Origin: an uncultured Chloroflexia bacterium
GTDB lineage: Bacteria; Chloroflexota; Limnocylindria; Limnocylindrales; CSP1-4
NCBI GenBank assembly: GCA_963814315.1
Contig: CAWFCG010000001.1
Location: 904,146 to 968,145, forward strand
Direction: 5' to 3'
Length of the DNA: 64,000 nucleotides
This document shows, piece by piece, positions 19,636 to 31,777 of the stretch (position 1 is its first letter; every line of letters begins with the position of its first letter). Position numbers and translations under genes: made by a program. Below the pieces are notes generated by a model. The model saw nothing but the letters and a program-made list of their open reading frames with translations. It did no database searches and was not told the origin of the DNA.

Positions 19636-20118
19636 GTGGAGATTCTGCGCTTCGGCCCCGGTTTTCGACGACCACAGCCACGCGCCGCGAGCCGAGGGCT
19701 GACCGACCAAACCATCTGGGCCGATCCTCGCGCCCGAGTCACCGAGCTGGCGTTCGCTCGCAGCGCGCTGCTGCCGCCCCAGACCAGCCCTGACCTGGGC
19801 CTCTTCATCGTCATCGCCGGAGGTGGCTGGGTCCAGGTCGGCGCGGAGCGGACCGCTATCAACCACGGCGAGGCGGTCGAACTGCCACCCGGCGTGACCC
19901 ATGGGGTCTGGACCGAGGGTTCGACCATGCGCGCCGTCCTTGTCGAGGTACCGGACCATGCCATCGAGGCCCCACATGCCCGGCTGGCCGACGCCCAGGT
20001 GACCGACCGGCAGGTCGCCGACCGACAGGTGACCGACCACGAGCCGGCACGAGGACGCTTGGCCGACCGGGAGGACCGGCCTCAGGACCATGACCCTTCC
20101 GAGGGCGAACCTTGGTAG
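19636..20118 (+). CDS. Cupin-domain protein
   Basis: LFIVIAGGGWVQVG..GEAVELPPGVTHGV cupin motifs. Confidence 0.7.
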   Translation: MEILRFGPGFRRPQPRAASRGLTDQTIWADPRARVTELAFARSALLPPQTSPDLGLFIVIAGGGWVQVGAERTAINHGEAVELPPGVTHGVWTEGSTMRAVLVEVPDHAIEAPHARLADAQVTDRQVADRQVTDHEPARGRLADREDRPQDHDPSEGEPW

Positions 20119-20143
20119 GAATGGCGAGGGCGAGCCGGAGTGG

Positions 20144-20788
20144 CTACTCGTGGGGTCCCAGCACGGCGCCAAGTTGGCCGAGCGCACGGCCGGTGGCACC
20201 CCAGACGCGGTAGCCGGCCACGGGGTAGGCGCCGTAGCGCAGGTGCCAGCCGCTGCGCTCCTCTTCGACTATCTCGACCGGCGCGTCGGGCAGGAAGTGC
20301 CGCACCGGGACGGTCAGAATGGCCGCCACCTCCCGCGCATCGGGAACCAGGAGGGGTGCACGTTCGGCGACCGCCAGCACCGGTACCAAGATGAAGCCCG
20401 AGACGCGCACATCCACCGTCTCCAGCACACCCAGCGTGGTCACGCCGGCGGCCGCGACATCGAGGCTGACCTCTTCGAACGCCTCGCGCAGCGCGGTACC
20501 CTCGGGAAAGGCGTCCTCGGATTCGCGGGCCCCACCAGGAAGCGCGACTTGGCCTGCGTGGATGTGGTCGCCTCCGGGGCGCACGATGAGCACGACGTGG
20601 GCCTCGCCGGCGGCGTCAGGATAGAGCAGCACAAGGGCAGCCGCATCGCGAGTTGGACCATCGATGTCGCGGCGTCCTCCCCTTGGCAGGCGACCGGCCC
20701 GCAGGGCGTGGGCCTCGATCTCCGGTCGCGGCGGCGGCAGTGTGGCCGGCAAGTGGGTCAGCCGCTCACGGGCTAGCTCGAAGCGCAT
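20144..20788 (-). CDS. NUDIX CoA pyrophosphatase (NudL/PCD1-like)
   Basis: HAGQVALPGG, ALREAFEEV, VWGATG. Confidence 0.9.
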   Translation of the reverse strand: MRFELARERLTHLPATLPPPRPEIEAHALRAGRLPRGGRRDIDGPTRDAAALVLLYPDAAGEAHVVLIVRPGGDHIHAGQVALPGGARESEDAFPEGTALREAFEEVSLDVAAAGVTTLGVLETVDVRVSGFILVPVLAVAERAPLLVPDAREVAAILTVPVRHFLPDAPVEIVEEERSGWHLRYGAYPVAGYRVWGATGRALGQLGAVLGPHE

Positions 20789-20797
20789 GTGCGAAGC

Positions 20798-21916
20798 CTA
20801 CGGTGTGTCGGCGAAACCGGGGAGGGTCGGCACAGTCCCGTCTGCCTCCGGACGTGCCCAGGCCAAGACGCGGAAAGCACCAAGGTGGCGCGGGTCCAGC
20901 AGCCGGGCCACGGCGCTGCGCGCGTCGAGGTAGGCCTGCGGCTCGGTCTCGGGATGGCGGCCCAGGTCAGCCAGCAGCCCGCCCAGGCCGAGTCGGCCGA
21001 GGAACTCAGCCTGTGTCGTCGCACCGACGAGGTCCAAGCCCGACTTAGCCGCCGCCCGCTCCAGGGCGCTGACGTCGACGTGTGCGGTGATGTCAGTGTG
21101 GCCGACCGCGCGCATGGGGTCGTCGGCGACTCGGTGCTCCCGATAGGTCAGCAGCGAGCCTGCCATGCGGCGGGGCCCGTAGAGCTCCACGGCGTCGTGG
21201 CCATAGTCGATCACCAGGACGACGCCGCCCGGCGCGAGTGAAGCGGCGACTTCGGCTATCCATCGCGGGGCGGCAAGGCAGACCTCAGCCTGCTGGCCCT
21301 CACGCAGCTCGACTCCATCGGCCACCAGATGCGCGGCCAGCGTTGGCGTCGAGGGCTCGGCGATGATCTCGTGGAACCAACCATCGGTCCAGCCCACGTA
21401 GATCTCCCGCAACACTCCGTCGCGCAGGATCACCCGATGCACTGGCAGGGCATCGAGGTACTCGTTGGCGATGACCAGGTCGGCCAGGCCATCGCGAGCG
21501 TCGTCCGAACGGTCGGGCAGATCTGCTCGCGTCCACACGATATCCAGATCGAGACCGACCAACGCTGTGTCTCGTAGCGTGCCGCGGCCGGCGCCGAACT
21601 CTCGCACGCGGAAAGGCAGGGGCGCACCGGCAGCCACGACCCCGCCCACGCCGCGCACTTCCGCGTCACGCACGGCCGCCACGAAGCGCCCGATGCAGCG
21701 GCCGAAGAACGGATGCAGCTCCGGTGCGCTCAGAAAGTCACCGCTGCGTGTCGGCCGCAGCTGGCTCGTCGCGTAGTAGCCCAGGCCGGGCTCGGTCAAG
21801 GCCAACAGCATGAAGCGCGCGAACGTGGTGCGCCGCTCGGGGACACCCAGGATCTCATCGCGGATGACCTCGACCAGGCGCGGCTCACTGCCGGCCCAGC
21901 GAGGGTCCCGAGCCAC
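20798..21916 (-). CDS. SAM-dependent methyltransferase, MidA/NDUFAF7 family
   Basis: FARFM..AL..GYY, GDFLSAPE, EFGAGRG, ANEYLDALP, IDYG, DITAHVD, TQAEFL. Confidence 0.88.
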   Translation of the reverse strand: MARDPRWAGSEPRLVEVIRDEILGVPERRTTFARFMLLALTEPGLGYYATSQLRPTRSGDFLSAPELHPFFGRCIGRFVAAVRDAEVRGVGGVVAAGAPLPFRVREFGAGRGTLRDTALVGLDLDIVWTRADLPDRSDDARDGLADLVIANEYLDALPVHRVILRDGVLREIYVGWTDGWFHEIIAEPSTPTLAAHLVADGVELREGQQAEVCLAAPRWIAEVAASLAPGGVVLVIDYGHDAVELYGPRRMAGSLLTYREHRVADDPMRAVGHTDITAHVDVSALERAAAKSGLDLVGATTQAEFLGRLGLGGLLADLGRHPETEPQAYLDARSAVARLLDPRHLGAFRVLAWARPEADGTVPTLPGFADTP

Positions 21917-24649
21917 CTAGTTCAGCCGCTTCTTGCCATCGTCAGTGTTCGGCTCGGTCGAGGGCAGGTCCATCAGGTTGGGCTGCAGCCCGGCACCGAC
22001 GGGCTCACCAGTGGCCCTTGGGTCACGCCGACCGGCAGCCTCAGACACGAACGTCTCTCCCTCCGAGCCGGTGCACACGATAGTGCCGCGGACCAGGTCG
22101 GCATCGGCGGTGATGGTGCTGCCGGGCTTGAACTTGCCCTCCAGCAGCGCCCGCGCCAGCGGGTTCTCAAGCAAACGCTGCACGGCACGCTTGAGTGGCC
22201 GTGCCCCGTAGTGAGGGTCGTTGCCCTCACGCCCGATGAGCGCCTTGGCCGCCGGCGTCAACACCAGCTCCAGGTCGTGATCCGCCAGGCGTGCGGCGAG
22301 ATCGGCCACCAGCAGGTCGACGATAGCTGATAGCGCCTCTTCGTCCAAGCTGTGGAAGACGATGATCTCGTCGATGCGGTTGAGGAACTCGGGCCGGAAG
22401 GTCGCCCGCAACGCTTCGGTGGCCGCCTGTTCGACCTGCGCCTCGGACGTGCCGGCGGGCCGGTCGGTGACCAGCAGCTGTGAGCCCACGTTGCTGGTCA
22501 TGATCAGCACGGTGTCCTTGAACGACACGGTGCGGCCCTGGCCATCGGTGAGGCGACCGTCATCGAGCACCTGCAAGAGCACATTGAAGACGTCCGGGTG
22601 GGCCTTCTCGATCTCGTCGAGCAGCACGACCTGATAGGGCCGGCGCCGCACAGCCTCGGTGAGCTGGCCGCCCTCTTCGTAGCCGACGTAGCCCGGAGGT
22701 GCGCCGATGAGGCGGCTGACCGCGTACTTCTCCATGTATTCGCTCATGTCGATGCGGGTCATGGCCTGCTCGTCGTCGAAGAGGAACTGCGCCAGCGCCC
22801 GCGCAGTCTCCGTCTTGCCCACGCCGGTGGGGCCCAAGAAGATGAATGAACCGATGGGGCGGCGTGGATCCTTGAGGCCGGCACGGGCACGGCGAACCGC
22901 GTCGGAGACCGCACTGATGGCCTCATCCTGGCCGATCACGCGTTCGTGCAGGCGGTCTTCCATATTGATGAGCTTGGCCTGCTCGCCCTCCATCAGCCGG
23001 GTCACGGGGATGCCGGTCCAGGACGCCACGATGCGTGCGATGTCGTCGGCATCGACCTCTTCCTTGAGCAGGCGGCGCGACCCCGCGTCGGAGGCCAGCG
23101 CGGCCTCACCCTCCGCGAGTCGCTGCTGCAGCTCGGGGATGCGGCCGTACTTGAGCTCGGCGGCGCGACCGTAGTCGGCTGATCGCTCGGCCGACTCCAC
23201 CTCGTGCTGGGCGCCCTCCAGCTCCGTCTTGGTGGCACGCAGGGCCGCGATGACGGCCTTCTCACCCTCCCATTGGCTCTTCAGCGCGCCAGCACGCTCG
23301 GAGATGTCAGCCAGCTCACGCTCCAGTGTCTCCAGCCGGCTCTTCGAGGCGTCGTCGGTCTCTTTGCGCAGGGCCTCGCGCTCGATCTCCAGCTGGATGC
23401 GGCGTCGTTCCAGCTCATCCAGCTCGACGGGCATGGAATCCATCTCCATGCGCAGCTTGCTGGCGGCCTCATCGACCAGGTCGATGGCCTTGTCCGGCAG
23501 GAAGCGGTCGGCGATATAGCGATTGGACAACACCGCCGCCGCAACCATGGCGGAGTCGGTGATGCGCACGCCGTGGTGCACCTCGTAGCGCTCCCGCAGG
23601 CCACGCAGGATGGAGATGGTCTCCTCCACGTTGGGTTGGTCCACGTAGACCTGCTGGAAGCGGCGCTCCAGGGCGGCGTCCTTCTCGATGTGCCGGCGGT
23701 ACTCGTCAAGGGTGGTGGCGCCGATGGTGTGCAGCTCACCGCGCGCCAGCATCGGCTTCAACAGGTTGGAGGCATCCATGGCGCCTTCCGCCGCGCCGGC
23801 GCCCACGACGGTGTGCAATTCGTCGATGAAGAGCACGACCTGGCCGTCGGAATCCTTGATCTCCTTCAGTACCGCCTTCAGGCGCTCCTCGAACTCGCCG
23901 CGGAACTTGGCTCCGGCGATGAGCGCACCCAGGTCCAAGCCTACGACCTTCTTGTCGCGCAGTCCGTCGGGCACGTCGCCGCGCACGATGCGCTGGGCTA
24001 GGCCCTCCACGATCGCGGTCTTACCCACGCCGGGCTCGCCGATGAGCACAGGGTTGTTCTTGGTGCGTCGGCTGAGCACCTGGATGACGCGGCGGATCTC
24101 CTCGTCGCGACCGACCACGGGGTCCAGCTTGCCCTCGCGCGCAGCGGCGGTCAGATCGACGCCGTACTTCTCGAGTGACTGGTAGGTGGCCTCCGGATTT
24201 TGGGTGGTCACGCGCTGGCTGCCGCGGACGGCCTCCAGGGCGTGCAGCAGCGCCTCGTGTCCGGCGCCGGCCCCCTCCAGCAGGCGCTGGGCATCGCCGC
24301 CAGCCTGCGAGGCTGCCAGCAGCAGGTGCTCGGTGGAGACGTATTCGTCGCCCAGGCGCTTGGCCTGGTCCTCGGCATTCTCGATGAGCACGCGCACGCG
24401 TGGGTCCAGGCCCAGCTGACCGCCCTCGACCTTGGCGCGACGGGACAGCACGGCCGCCACGTCGACCGCCACGCGAGCGGGGTCGGCGCCGAGCTGGCGC
24501 AGCGTCATGACAGGGATGCCCTCGGGATCATCAAGGAGCGCCGCCAGCAGATGCTCGACGTCAAGCACGGGGCTCTTGGCACTGGTGGCGAGTCGTTGCG
24601 CAGTGAGGATGGCCTCCTGTGCTTTCTGGGTGTATCGATCGAGCTTCAT
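21917..24649 (-). CDS. clpB: ATP-dependent chaperone ClpB
   Basis: Two AAA+ modules ([16 protein letters not shown]), coiled-coil middle domain, N-terminal repeats. Confidence 0.97.
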   Translation of the reverse strand: MKLDRYTQKAQEAILTAQRLATSAKSPVLDVEHLLAALLDDPEGIPVMTLRQLGADPARVAVDVAAVLSRRAKVEGGQLGLDPRVRVLIENAEDQAKRLGDEYVSTEHLLLAASQAGGDAQRLLEGAGAGHEALLHALEAVRGSQRVTTQNPEATYQSLEKYGVDLTAAAREGKLDPVVGRDEEIRRVIQVLSRRTKNNPVLIGEPGVGKTAIVEGLAQRIVRGDVPDGLRDKKVVGLDLGALIAGAKFRGEFEERLKAVLKEIKDSDGQVVLFIDELHTVVGAGAAEGAMDASNLLKPMLARGELHTIGATTLDEYRRHIEKDAALERRFQQVYVDQPNVEETISILRGLRERYEVHHGVRITDSAMVAAAVLSNRYIADRFLPDKAIDLVDEAASKLRMEMDSMPVELDELERRRIQLEIEREALRKETDDASKSRLETLERELADISERAGALKSQWEGEKAVIAALRATKTELEGAQHEVESAERSADYGRAAELKYGRIPELQQRLAEGEAALASDAGSRRLLKEEVDADDIARIVASWTGIPVTRLMEGEQAKLINMEDRLHERVIGQDEAISAVSDAVRRARAGLKDPRRPIGSFIFLGPTGVGKTETARALAQFLFDDEQAMTRIDMSEYMEKYAVSRLIGAPPGYVGYEEGGQLTEAVRRRPYQVVLLDEIEKAHPDVFNVLLQVLDDGRLTDGQGRTVSFKDTVLIMTSNVGSQLLVTDRPAGTSEAQVEQAATEALRATFRPEFLNRIDEIIVFHSLDEEALSAIVDLLVADLAARLADHDLELVLTPAAKALIGREGNDPHYGARPLKRAVQRLLENPLARALLEGKFKPGSTITADADLVRGTIVCTGSEGETFVSEAAGRRDPRATGEPVGAGLQPNLMDLPSTEPNTDDGKKRLN

Positions 24650-24693
24650 GGCGCGGGAGCATCCTTGTCGTCTGAGGGGGTCACTGGTCGCGG

Positions 24694-25782
24694 CTAGAGG
24701 GGTGGTGTCGCGGGTTCATGCCGCGGATCGGATTGGTCGATGTGGTCGATGAATGCCTGGGCCTTGGCGCGTCCCTCGTCGTCGAGGAATGTTGGCAGCA
24801 CCACCTTTGTGCGCACGCGCAGGTCCCCTCGACCCTCCGCTCCGAAACTTGGCAGTCCCTGCCCGGTGAGCCGGAAGACGCGACCATTCTGGGTGCCGGC
24901 TGGGATGGTCAATGCCAGCCGCTTGCCGGCCAGCGTGTTGATGTGCACATCCGCGCCCAACAGTGCTTCGCCAAGCGTCAGCGACAGGTCTATGGTCAGG
25001 TCGGCACCGTCGCGAGTGAACACCGGATGCCTGGTGACACGCACGGTGATGTAGACGTTGCCGCCACCCTCGGCCTTGCCGGTGAGGCGGATCTTCTGGC
25101 CGTCGCGCACACCCGGCGGGATCTTGACCTGGAGCGTCTTGCTGCCGATCTGTAGGTGGCGCTCGCTGCCACGCATGACCTCTTCCAGGCTGATGTTGGC
25201 GTCGGCGGTGGCATCAGCCGGACGTGATGGCGTCGGCCGACGACCACGTGGTGAGCCGGTCCCAAAGCCTGACGGAGCGTAGCCGGCGCCGCTGTCGCCA
25301 CCGACTCCACCGAAGAGTGGGTCGATGTCGACCTGCGGACCAGCGCTCCTCTGTCCCCCGCCAGCCCGAGCACCGCCCCCGCTACCGGTGAAGAAGGTGC
25401 GAAAGAAGTCGCTGAACCCGGACAGGTCTTCCGCGTTGCCGCGGTATTCGAAGCGCGCGCCGCCGGGGAAGCCACTGGTGCCGGCACCACCAGCGCCGCC
25501 GCCACCACTGAAACCAGCGAAGGGATTGCCGCCGGCAGGCCCGCCAGCTTGCTGGTAGGACTTCCAGTTGGCCCCGAGCTGATCGTACGCCTTGCGCTTC
25601 TCGGGATCAGACAGGACCTCGTTGGCCTCGCTGATCTCCTTGAAGCGCTGCTCGGCTGCGGCGTCACCCTTGTTGACGTCGGGATGGTTCTCGCGGGCAA
25701 GGCGACGGAAGGCCTTCTTGATGTCGGCCTTGCTGGCGCCTTTCTCTACACCCAGGGTGGCGTAGTAATCGCGATACTCCAT
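24694..25782 (-). CDS. DnaJ class B chaperone (CbpA-like, no Zn finger)
   Basis: MEYRDYY..HPD J-domain, G/F region, FSDFF, C-terminal domain; ATG at 25782 after GGAG. Confidence 0.93.
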   Translation of the reverse strand: MEYRDYYATLGVEKGASKADIKKAFRRLARENHPDVNKGDAAAEQRFKEISEANEVLSDPEKRKAYDQLGANWKSYQQAGGPAGGNPFAGFSGGGGAGGAGTSGFPGGARFEYRGNAEDLSGFSDFFRTFFTGSGGGARAGGGQRSAGPQVDIDPLFGGVGGDSGAGYAPSGFGTGSPRGRRPTPSRPADATADANISLEEVMRGSERHLQIGSKTLQVKIPPGVRDGQKIRLTGKAEGGGNVYITVRVTRHPVFTRDGADLTIDLSLTLGEALLGADVHINTLAGKRLALTIPAGTQNGRVFRLTGQGLPSFGAEGRGDLRVRTKVVLPTFLDDEGRAKAQAFIDHIDQSDPRHEPATPPL

Positions 25783-25798
25783 CCGTCTCCGTTTGTCC

Positions 25799-28308
<2,510 letters not shown>

Positions 28309-28309
<1 letters not shown>

Positions 28310-28755
28310 CAGATCTCCTTGGTGGATCGGTCGCGGGTCAGGGGGAGTGGGTGTGGGTCGGTTGCTGTGGGTTGGGGCGTCTTGTCTGGCTTGGGACGGG
28401 GTGAGCTGAGCTCCTTGCCATCTTCTCGGACGGCGGCTTCGCGCTCGCTATAGAGCTGCTCCAGGATCCGCATCCCGAGTCTCTCCTCGAGCTCGAAGAG
28501 GATGCGGACCCCGGCCAGGTTCACGCCCAGATTCTGTGTCAGATGGCGGATCCAGAGGATCCGCCGCAGGTCGTTCTCCGAGTAGAGACGGATATTGGTG
28601 GGTGTGCGGGCTGGACAGACCAGCCCCTCACCCTCGTAGATGCGAAGTGTGCGGGGGTGAACGCTGACCAGCTCGGCGGCTACGCTGATGACGTAGACCG
28701 GCCGGCTGGCTTCTGGCGCACTCCGTCCCTGTCGCGCTCCCGCTCTCTCCGACAC
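28309..28755 (-). CDS. hspR: HspR-like MerR-family heat-shock regulator
   Basis: VYVISVAAELVSVHPRTLRIYE..P.RT..RLYS..LTQNLGVNLAG; GTG at 28755 just after the hsp20 stop. Confidence 0.85.
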
Positions 28756-28759
28756 AGTG

Positions 28760-29278
28760 TCAGGCCTGATCGCCCGACTTGGATGTCGTCCCATTCGCCT
28801 CACCCTGTGACGTGGCCGCGACGGTCGCTCGTCCGTCGGCGACCGTCGAAACCGGGATCTGGCGGGGCTTGGCGGCCTCGGCACGCGGGATGCTGAGATG
28901 GAGCATGCCATTCTCGAACGTCGCGCTGGCGTTATCCGTATCAAGCCCGTTGGGTAGCGTCAGCGTGCGGCTGCCGCTGCTGCGACGCAGCTCACGGTAG
29001 ACACGCTCGCCCTCGTGGGTCTCACGCTCAGCCTGCTCCCTGACGCCGATAGTGAGCGTGTCCTGGTGGACCGTGACCTCGACATCCTCGGGGCGGATGC
29101 CGGGCAGGGCCGCTTCGACGGTGATGGAGTCCTCGTTGGAGGTGATATCGAGCGGCAAGCGAGCCTCCGAACCACCCCAAGCCAGCGGCCGGAAGGTGGT
29201 GGGGTCGAACAGCCGGTCGACGGCATCGCGGAACGACATGAAGTCGGAAGGCGGTGAAGTCCTGCGGATGATAGTCAT
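28760..29278 (-). CDS. Hsp20/alpha-crystallin small heat-shock protein
   Basis: LDI..VEAALPG..RTLTLP..ATFENGMLHLSIP; ATG at 29278 after GGAGG. Confidence 0.93.
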   Translation of the reverse strand: MTIIRRTSPPSDFMSFRDAVDRLFDPTTFRPLAWGGSEARLPLDITSNEDSITVEAALPGIRPEDVEVTVHQDTLTIGVREQAERETHEGERVYRELRRSSGSRTLTLPNGLDTDNASATFENGMLHLSIPRAEAAKPRQIPVSTVADGRATVAATSQGEANGTTSKSGDQA

Positions 29279-29363
29279 TTCGTGGTTCCTCCGTGTCTTG
29301 TCAGGTCCCGTTCGGGGCACTTGGCCACGCCCCGGTATCGGACGCTGACCCTGTACACGCAAG

Positions 29364-29393
29364 ATAGTAGAACCATATCAATACCATTGTCAA
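29364..29393 (-). promoter_or_regulatory. Sigma70-type promoter of the heat-shock operon
   Basis: Minus strand TTGACA-N18-TACTAT in a locally AT-rich island; a second candidate TTGTAA-N16-TACACT lies at 29415-29442. Confidence 0.65.
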
Positions 29394-29447
29394 GAGTGTT
29401 CGCCGTTCAGTGATAGTGTAGTTGACAAAGATTCCGTTACAAAGTAT

Positions 29448-29850
29448 GCCGGCTTTGGGCAGGGGTCCGTGAGTGTGCCACGTCACAAGGGGCCGGCATA
29501 TGCAGGACCCCGGGAGCGATCCGGGCTCGTTTGCATCTGCTGCAGCACCCCGACGTGAAGACCGGCTGATCTGCCGATCCCATGCCTCAGAGGCACAGAG
29601 ATGACAGGGGAGCGGCGACTCAGGTCGCTCCGGTGTCGAGATATTGCATCTGCTGCAAGGTCCACGCCAAGCGTGGCACGGCAGCCAGGAACCGAGGCGA
29701 CTTGAGCATCAGCACCGGGGGTCCGGTGCTTCCCGTGGTGTGTGTCGCAGGACCCCTGGGCGGGTGCGCGCGCAAGGCGACTCCACGGGCGAAGGCAGCG
29801 GCAGGGGGCACGGCCAACCTTGGCGTGGGTCAGCCGACCCCCGAGCCGGC
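29448..29850 (+). ncRNA. Putative structured non-coding RNA (~400 nt), family unknown
   Basis: Extended 5'/3' end pairing and at least 7 internal hairpins; G-U wobbles favour the plus strand; no credible ORF; TTGACA at 29422 upstream. Confidence 0.45.
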
Positions 29851-29879
29851 CCCGAGTAGCGTCGCTTCGCGCAGGGCAG

Positions 29880-30560
29880 CTAGGCGGAGGCGATCTCCGG
29901 GCTTTCGCCGATGAGTTGCATACGGAGGTCGTTCTCGCATTCGGTGCGCGAGACGGCGATGACCTTGTCACCCTCCCGGAAGACCGTATCTGGACGCACC
30001 GGCTGCGCCCGGTCGTCGCGGATGACGACGAACAGGGTGCAGCCCTCCGGCAGGTCGATGTCCTCGGGGCGACGACCGAGGGCAGGCGAGTCCTCGGCGA
30101 TCTGCGCCTCCAGCAGCTCCAGCTCGCCGCCTTCGAGGTTGGCAAGGTGGAGCAGCTCGTGCACCGGGATATCCTGCTCGATGGCCGCCAACACCATCCG
30201 CGTGGGGCTGATGATCTCGTCCACGCCGAGGTTGCGGAACAAGACTTCGTTGTGTGGGTTATTGACGCGTGCGATGGTGCGCGGCACATCGAAGTGGTGC
30301 TTGGCCATCTGGCACACAACGAGGTTGTCGGCGTCGTCGCCGGTGACGGCCGCCACGATCGCGGCGCGGTTGGCGCCGGCCTCGGAGAGGTGTGTACCCT
30401 CTGAGCCGTCACGATTCACGACCACGGCACCCAACTCGTCGCGGATGCGTTCGGCACTGCGCAGATCCTTCTCCATGAGCACGATCTCGTGGCCTTCGGC
30501 GAGGAGCTCCTTGGTCAGATAGAAGCCGACGCGGCCACCACCGACGACGATCACGAACAC
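29880..30560 (-). CDS. trkA: TrkA/KtrA-type RCK potassium regulator (RCK_N + RCK_C)
   Basis: IVVGGGRVG, VTGDDADNL, IARVNNP, C-terminal RCK_C domain. Confidence 0.9.
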   Translation of the reverse strand: MFVIVVGGGRVGFYLTKELLAEGHEIVLMEKDLRSAERIRDELGAVVVNRDGSEGTHLSEAGANRAAIVAAVTGDDADNLVVCQMAKHHFDVPRTIARVNNPHNEVLFRNLGVDEIISPTRMVLAAIEQDIPVHELLHLANLEGGELELLEAQIAEDSPALGRRPEDIDLPEGCTLFVVIRDDRAQPVRPDTVFREGDKVIAVSRTECENDLRMQLIGESPEIASA

Positions 30561-30562
30561 GG

Positions 30563-31183
30563 CTATCGGCCTCCAGTGCTGTCGGTGGGGGCGGGTGTCG
30601 AGCCGGACGACGTCTCCCCGGCGCGCGCATCCGTCCCGGCGCGCGCATCCATCCCGCCAACGGTGACCGTCACGTTGCCCGCCCTGCGTACGTCCGCCGC
30701 CGCGGCCTCCGCCGTCGGAACCTCCGCCGATGCCGGTGCTGGGGGAATGACGGCAACGTTGACATCACCCGCGCCCGGCACAGCCGGAGCGCCCATATAC
30801 CGACCGATGCTGTCCATCATCATCTCAGTGCGATTGATGGTATCGAGGCCCAGCGTGGTGTACGCCCGGGAGCGCACCGGGTCGTTGATCTTGCACAGCA
30901 CGTGCGGGATGGCGAACGCCTGCCTGGCCAGCTGTGCAGCGAGGATGTTGCGGTTGTCTCCGTTGGTCAGGGCAAAGAACCACTCGGCCTCGCCAGCACC
31001 AGCGCGCTCAAGCACGCTGGCATCGGTGCCATCGCCTCGCAACGCCTGTCCGGAGAAGCCCGGTGCCAGCCGACGGAAGCTGTCGGTACTGATGTCGAGG
31101 ATGACCACCTCGTGACCTGCATCTGCGAGTTGACTTGCCAAGCCGGCACCGACTCGTCCGCTGCCGACGATGATTGCGCGCAT
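30563..31183 (-). CDS. TrkA-N (RCK_N only) protein with low-complexity tail
   Basis: MRAIIVGSGRVG, GDGTD, ALTNGDNRNI; start corrected to ATG 31183. Confidence 0.85.
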   Translation of the reverse strand: MRAIIVGSGRVGAGLASQLADAGHEVVILDISTDSFRRLAPGFSGQALRGDGTDASVLERAGAGEAEWFFALTNGDNRNILAAQLARQAFAIPHVLCKINDPVRSRAYTTLGLDTINRTEMMMDSIGRYMGAPAVPGAGDVNVAVIPPAPASAEVPTAEAAAADVRRAGNVTVTVGGMDARAGTDARAGETSSGSTPAPTDSTGGR

Positions 31184-31187
31184 CGTT

Positions 31188-31685
31188 CTAGATCCTCTTG
31201 ATGGCCCGGTTGGCGGCTTGGTCACGCTCATCGCTCCTCGCGACCGGTTCACGGACCACGAAGACACGACAGGGCGCATTCTTGAAGACATAGGGAATGG
31301 TCTGGCCGAGGGCGAAGTCGCCGCCGAAGCGGACCTTGTAGGGCAGGCCCATGACGATGGCGTCGGCATCAAGCGCGACGGCCTCGTCGACCAGTGCGGC
31401 GCCCACATCGCGTGCCTGTAGGAGTTGCGTCTCAAGTGGCACCTTCTGCGCCTCGGCCATGCCCTCCGCGAGGTCGAGTGCCCGTGACGCTTCCTCGCGC
31501 TGCTCCTCAAGGTCGTCATCGAGATCGTGCCGCCAGTCCACTTCCAGCACGTAGACCGCCACCAGCTCAGCCTCGTCGGCTCGAGCGAGCTTGCAGCCGC
31601 ACTCGATCACGAGCTCATCAGTGGGTCCGCCATCGAGGTGGAGGACGGCACGTTTCAAGGGTCTGTTCGGTGTCGGGTCGGGCAC
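31188..31685 (-). CDS. Universal stress protein (USP domain)
   Basis: LVAVYVLEV, ADAIVMG, LGQTIPYVFKNAPCRVFVVR. Confidence 0.85.
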   Translation of the reverse strand: MPDPTPNRPLKRAVLHLDGGPTDELVIECGCKLARADEAELVAVYVLEVDWRHDLDDDLEEQREEASRALDLAEGMAEAQKVPLETQLLQARDVGAALVDEAVALDADAIVMGLPYKVRFGGDFALGQTIPYVFKNAPCRVFVVREPVARSDERDQAANRAIKRI

Positions 31686-31777
31686 GGCTGAAGCCTACCA
31701 CCGCGCCATCGTCACGGGCCACGCGAGGCATGGCGCCCGGACATCGACCCTGGTGATGACCATGCGGCCGCGTGGCC

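Noticed and set aside
29448-29850. RNase P RNA, tmRNA, SRP RNA or raiA motif
   Set aside because: No GAGGAAAGTCC, no tRNA-like CCA end, no CAGG..GRAA..AGCA helix; only fragmentary resemblance to raiA.
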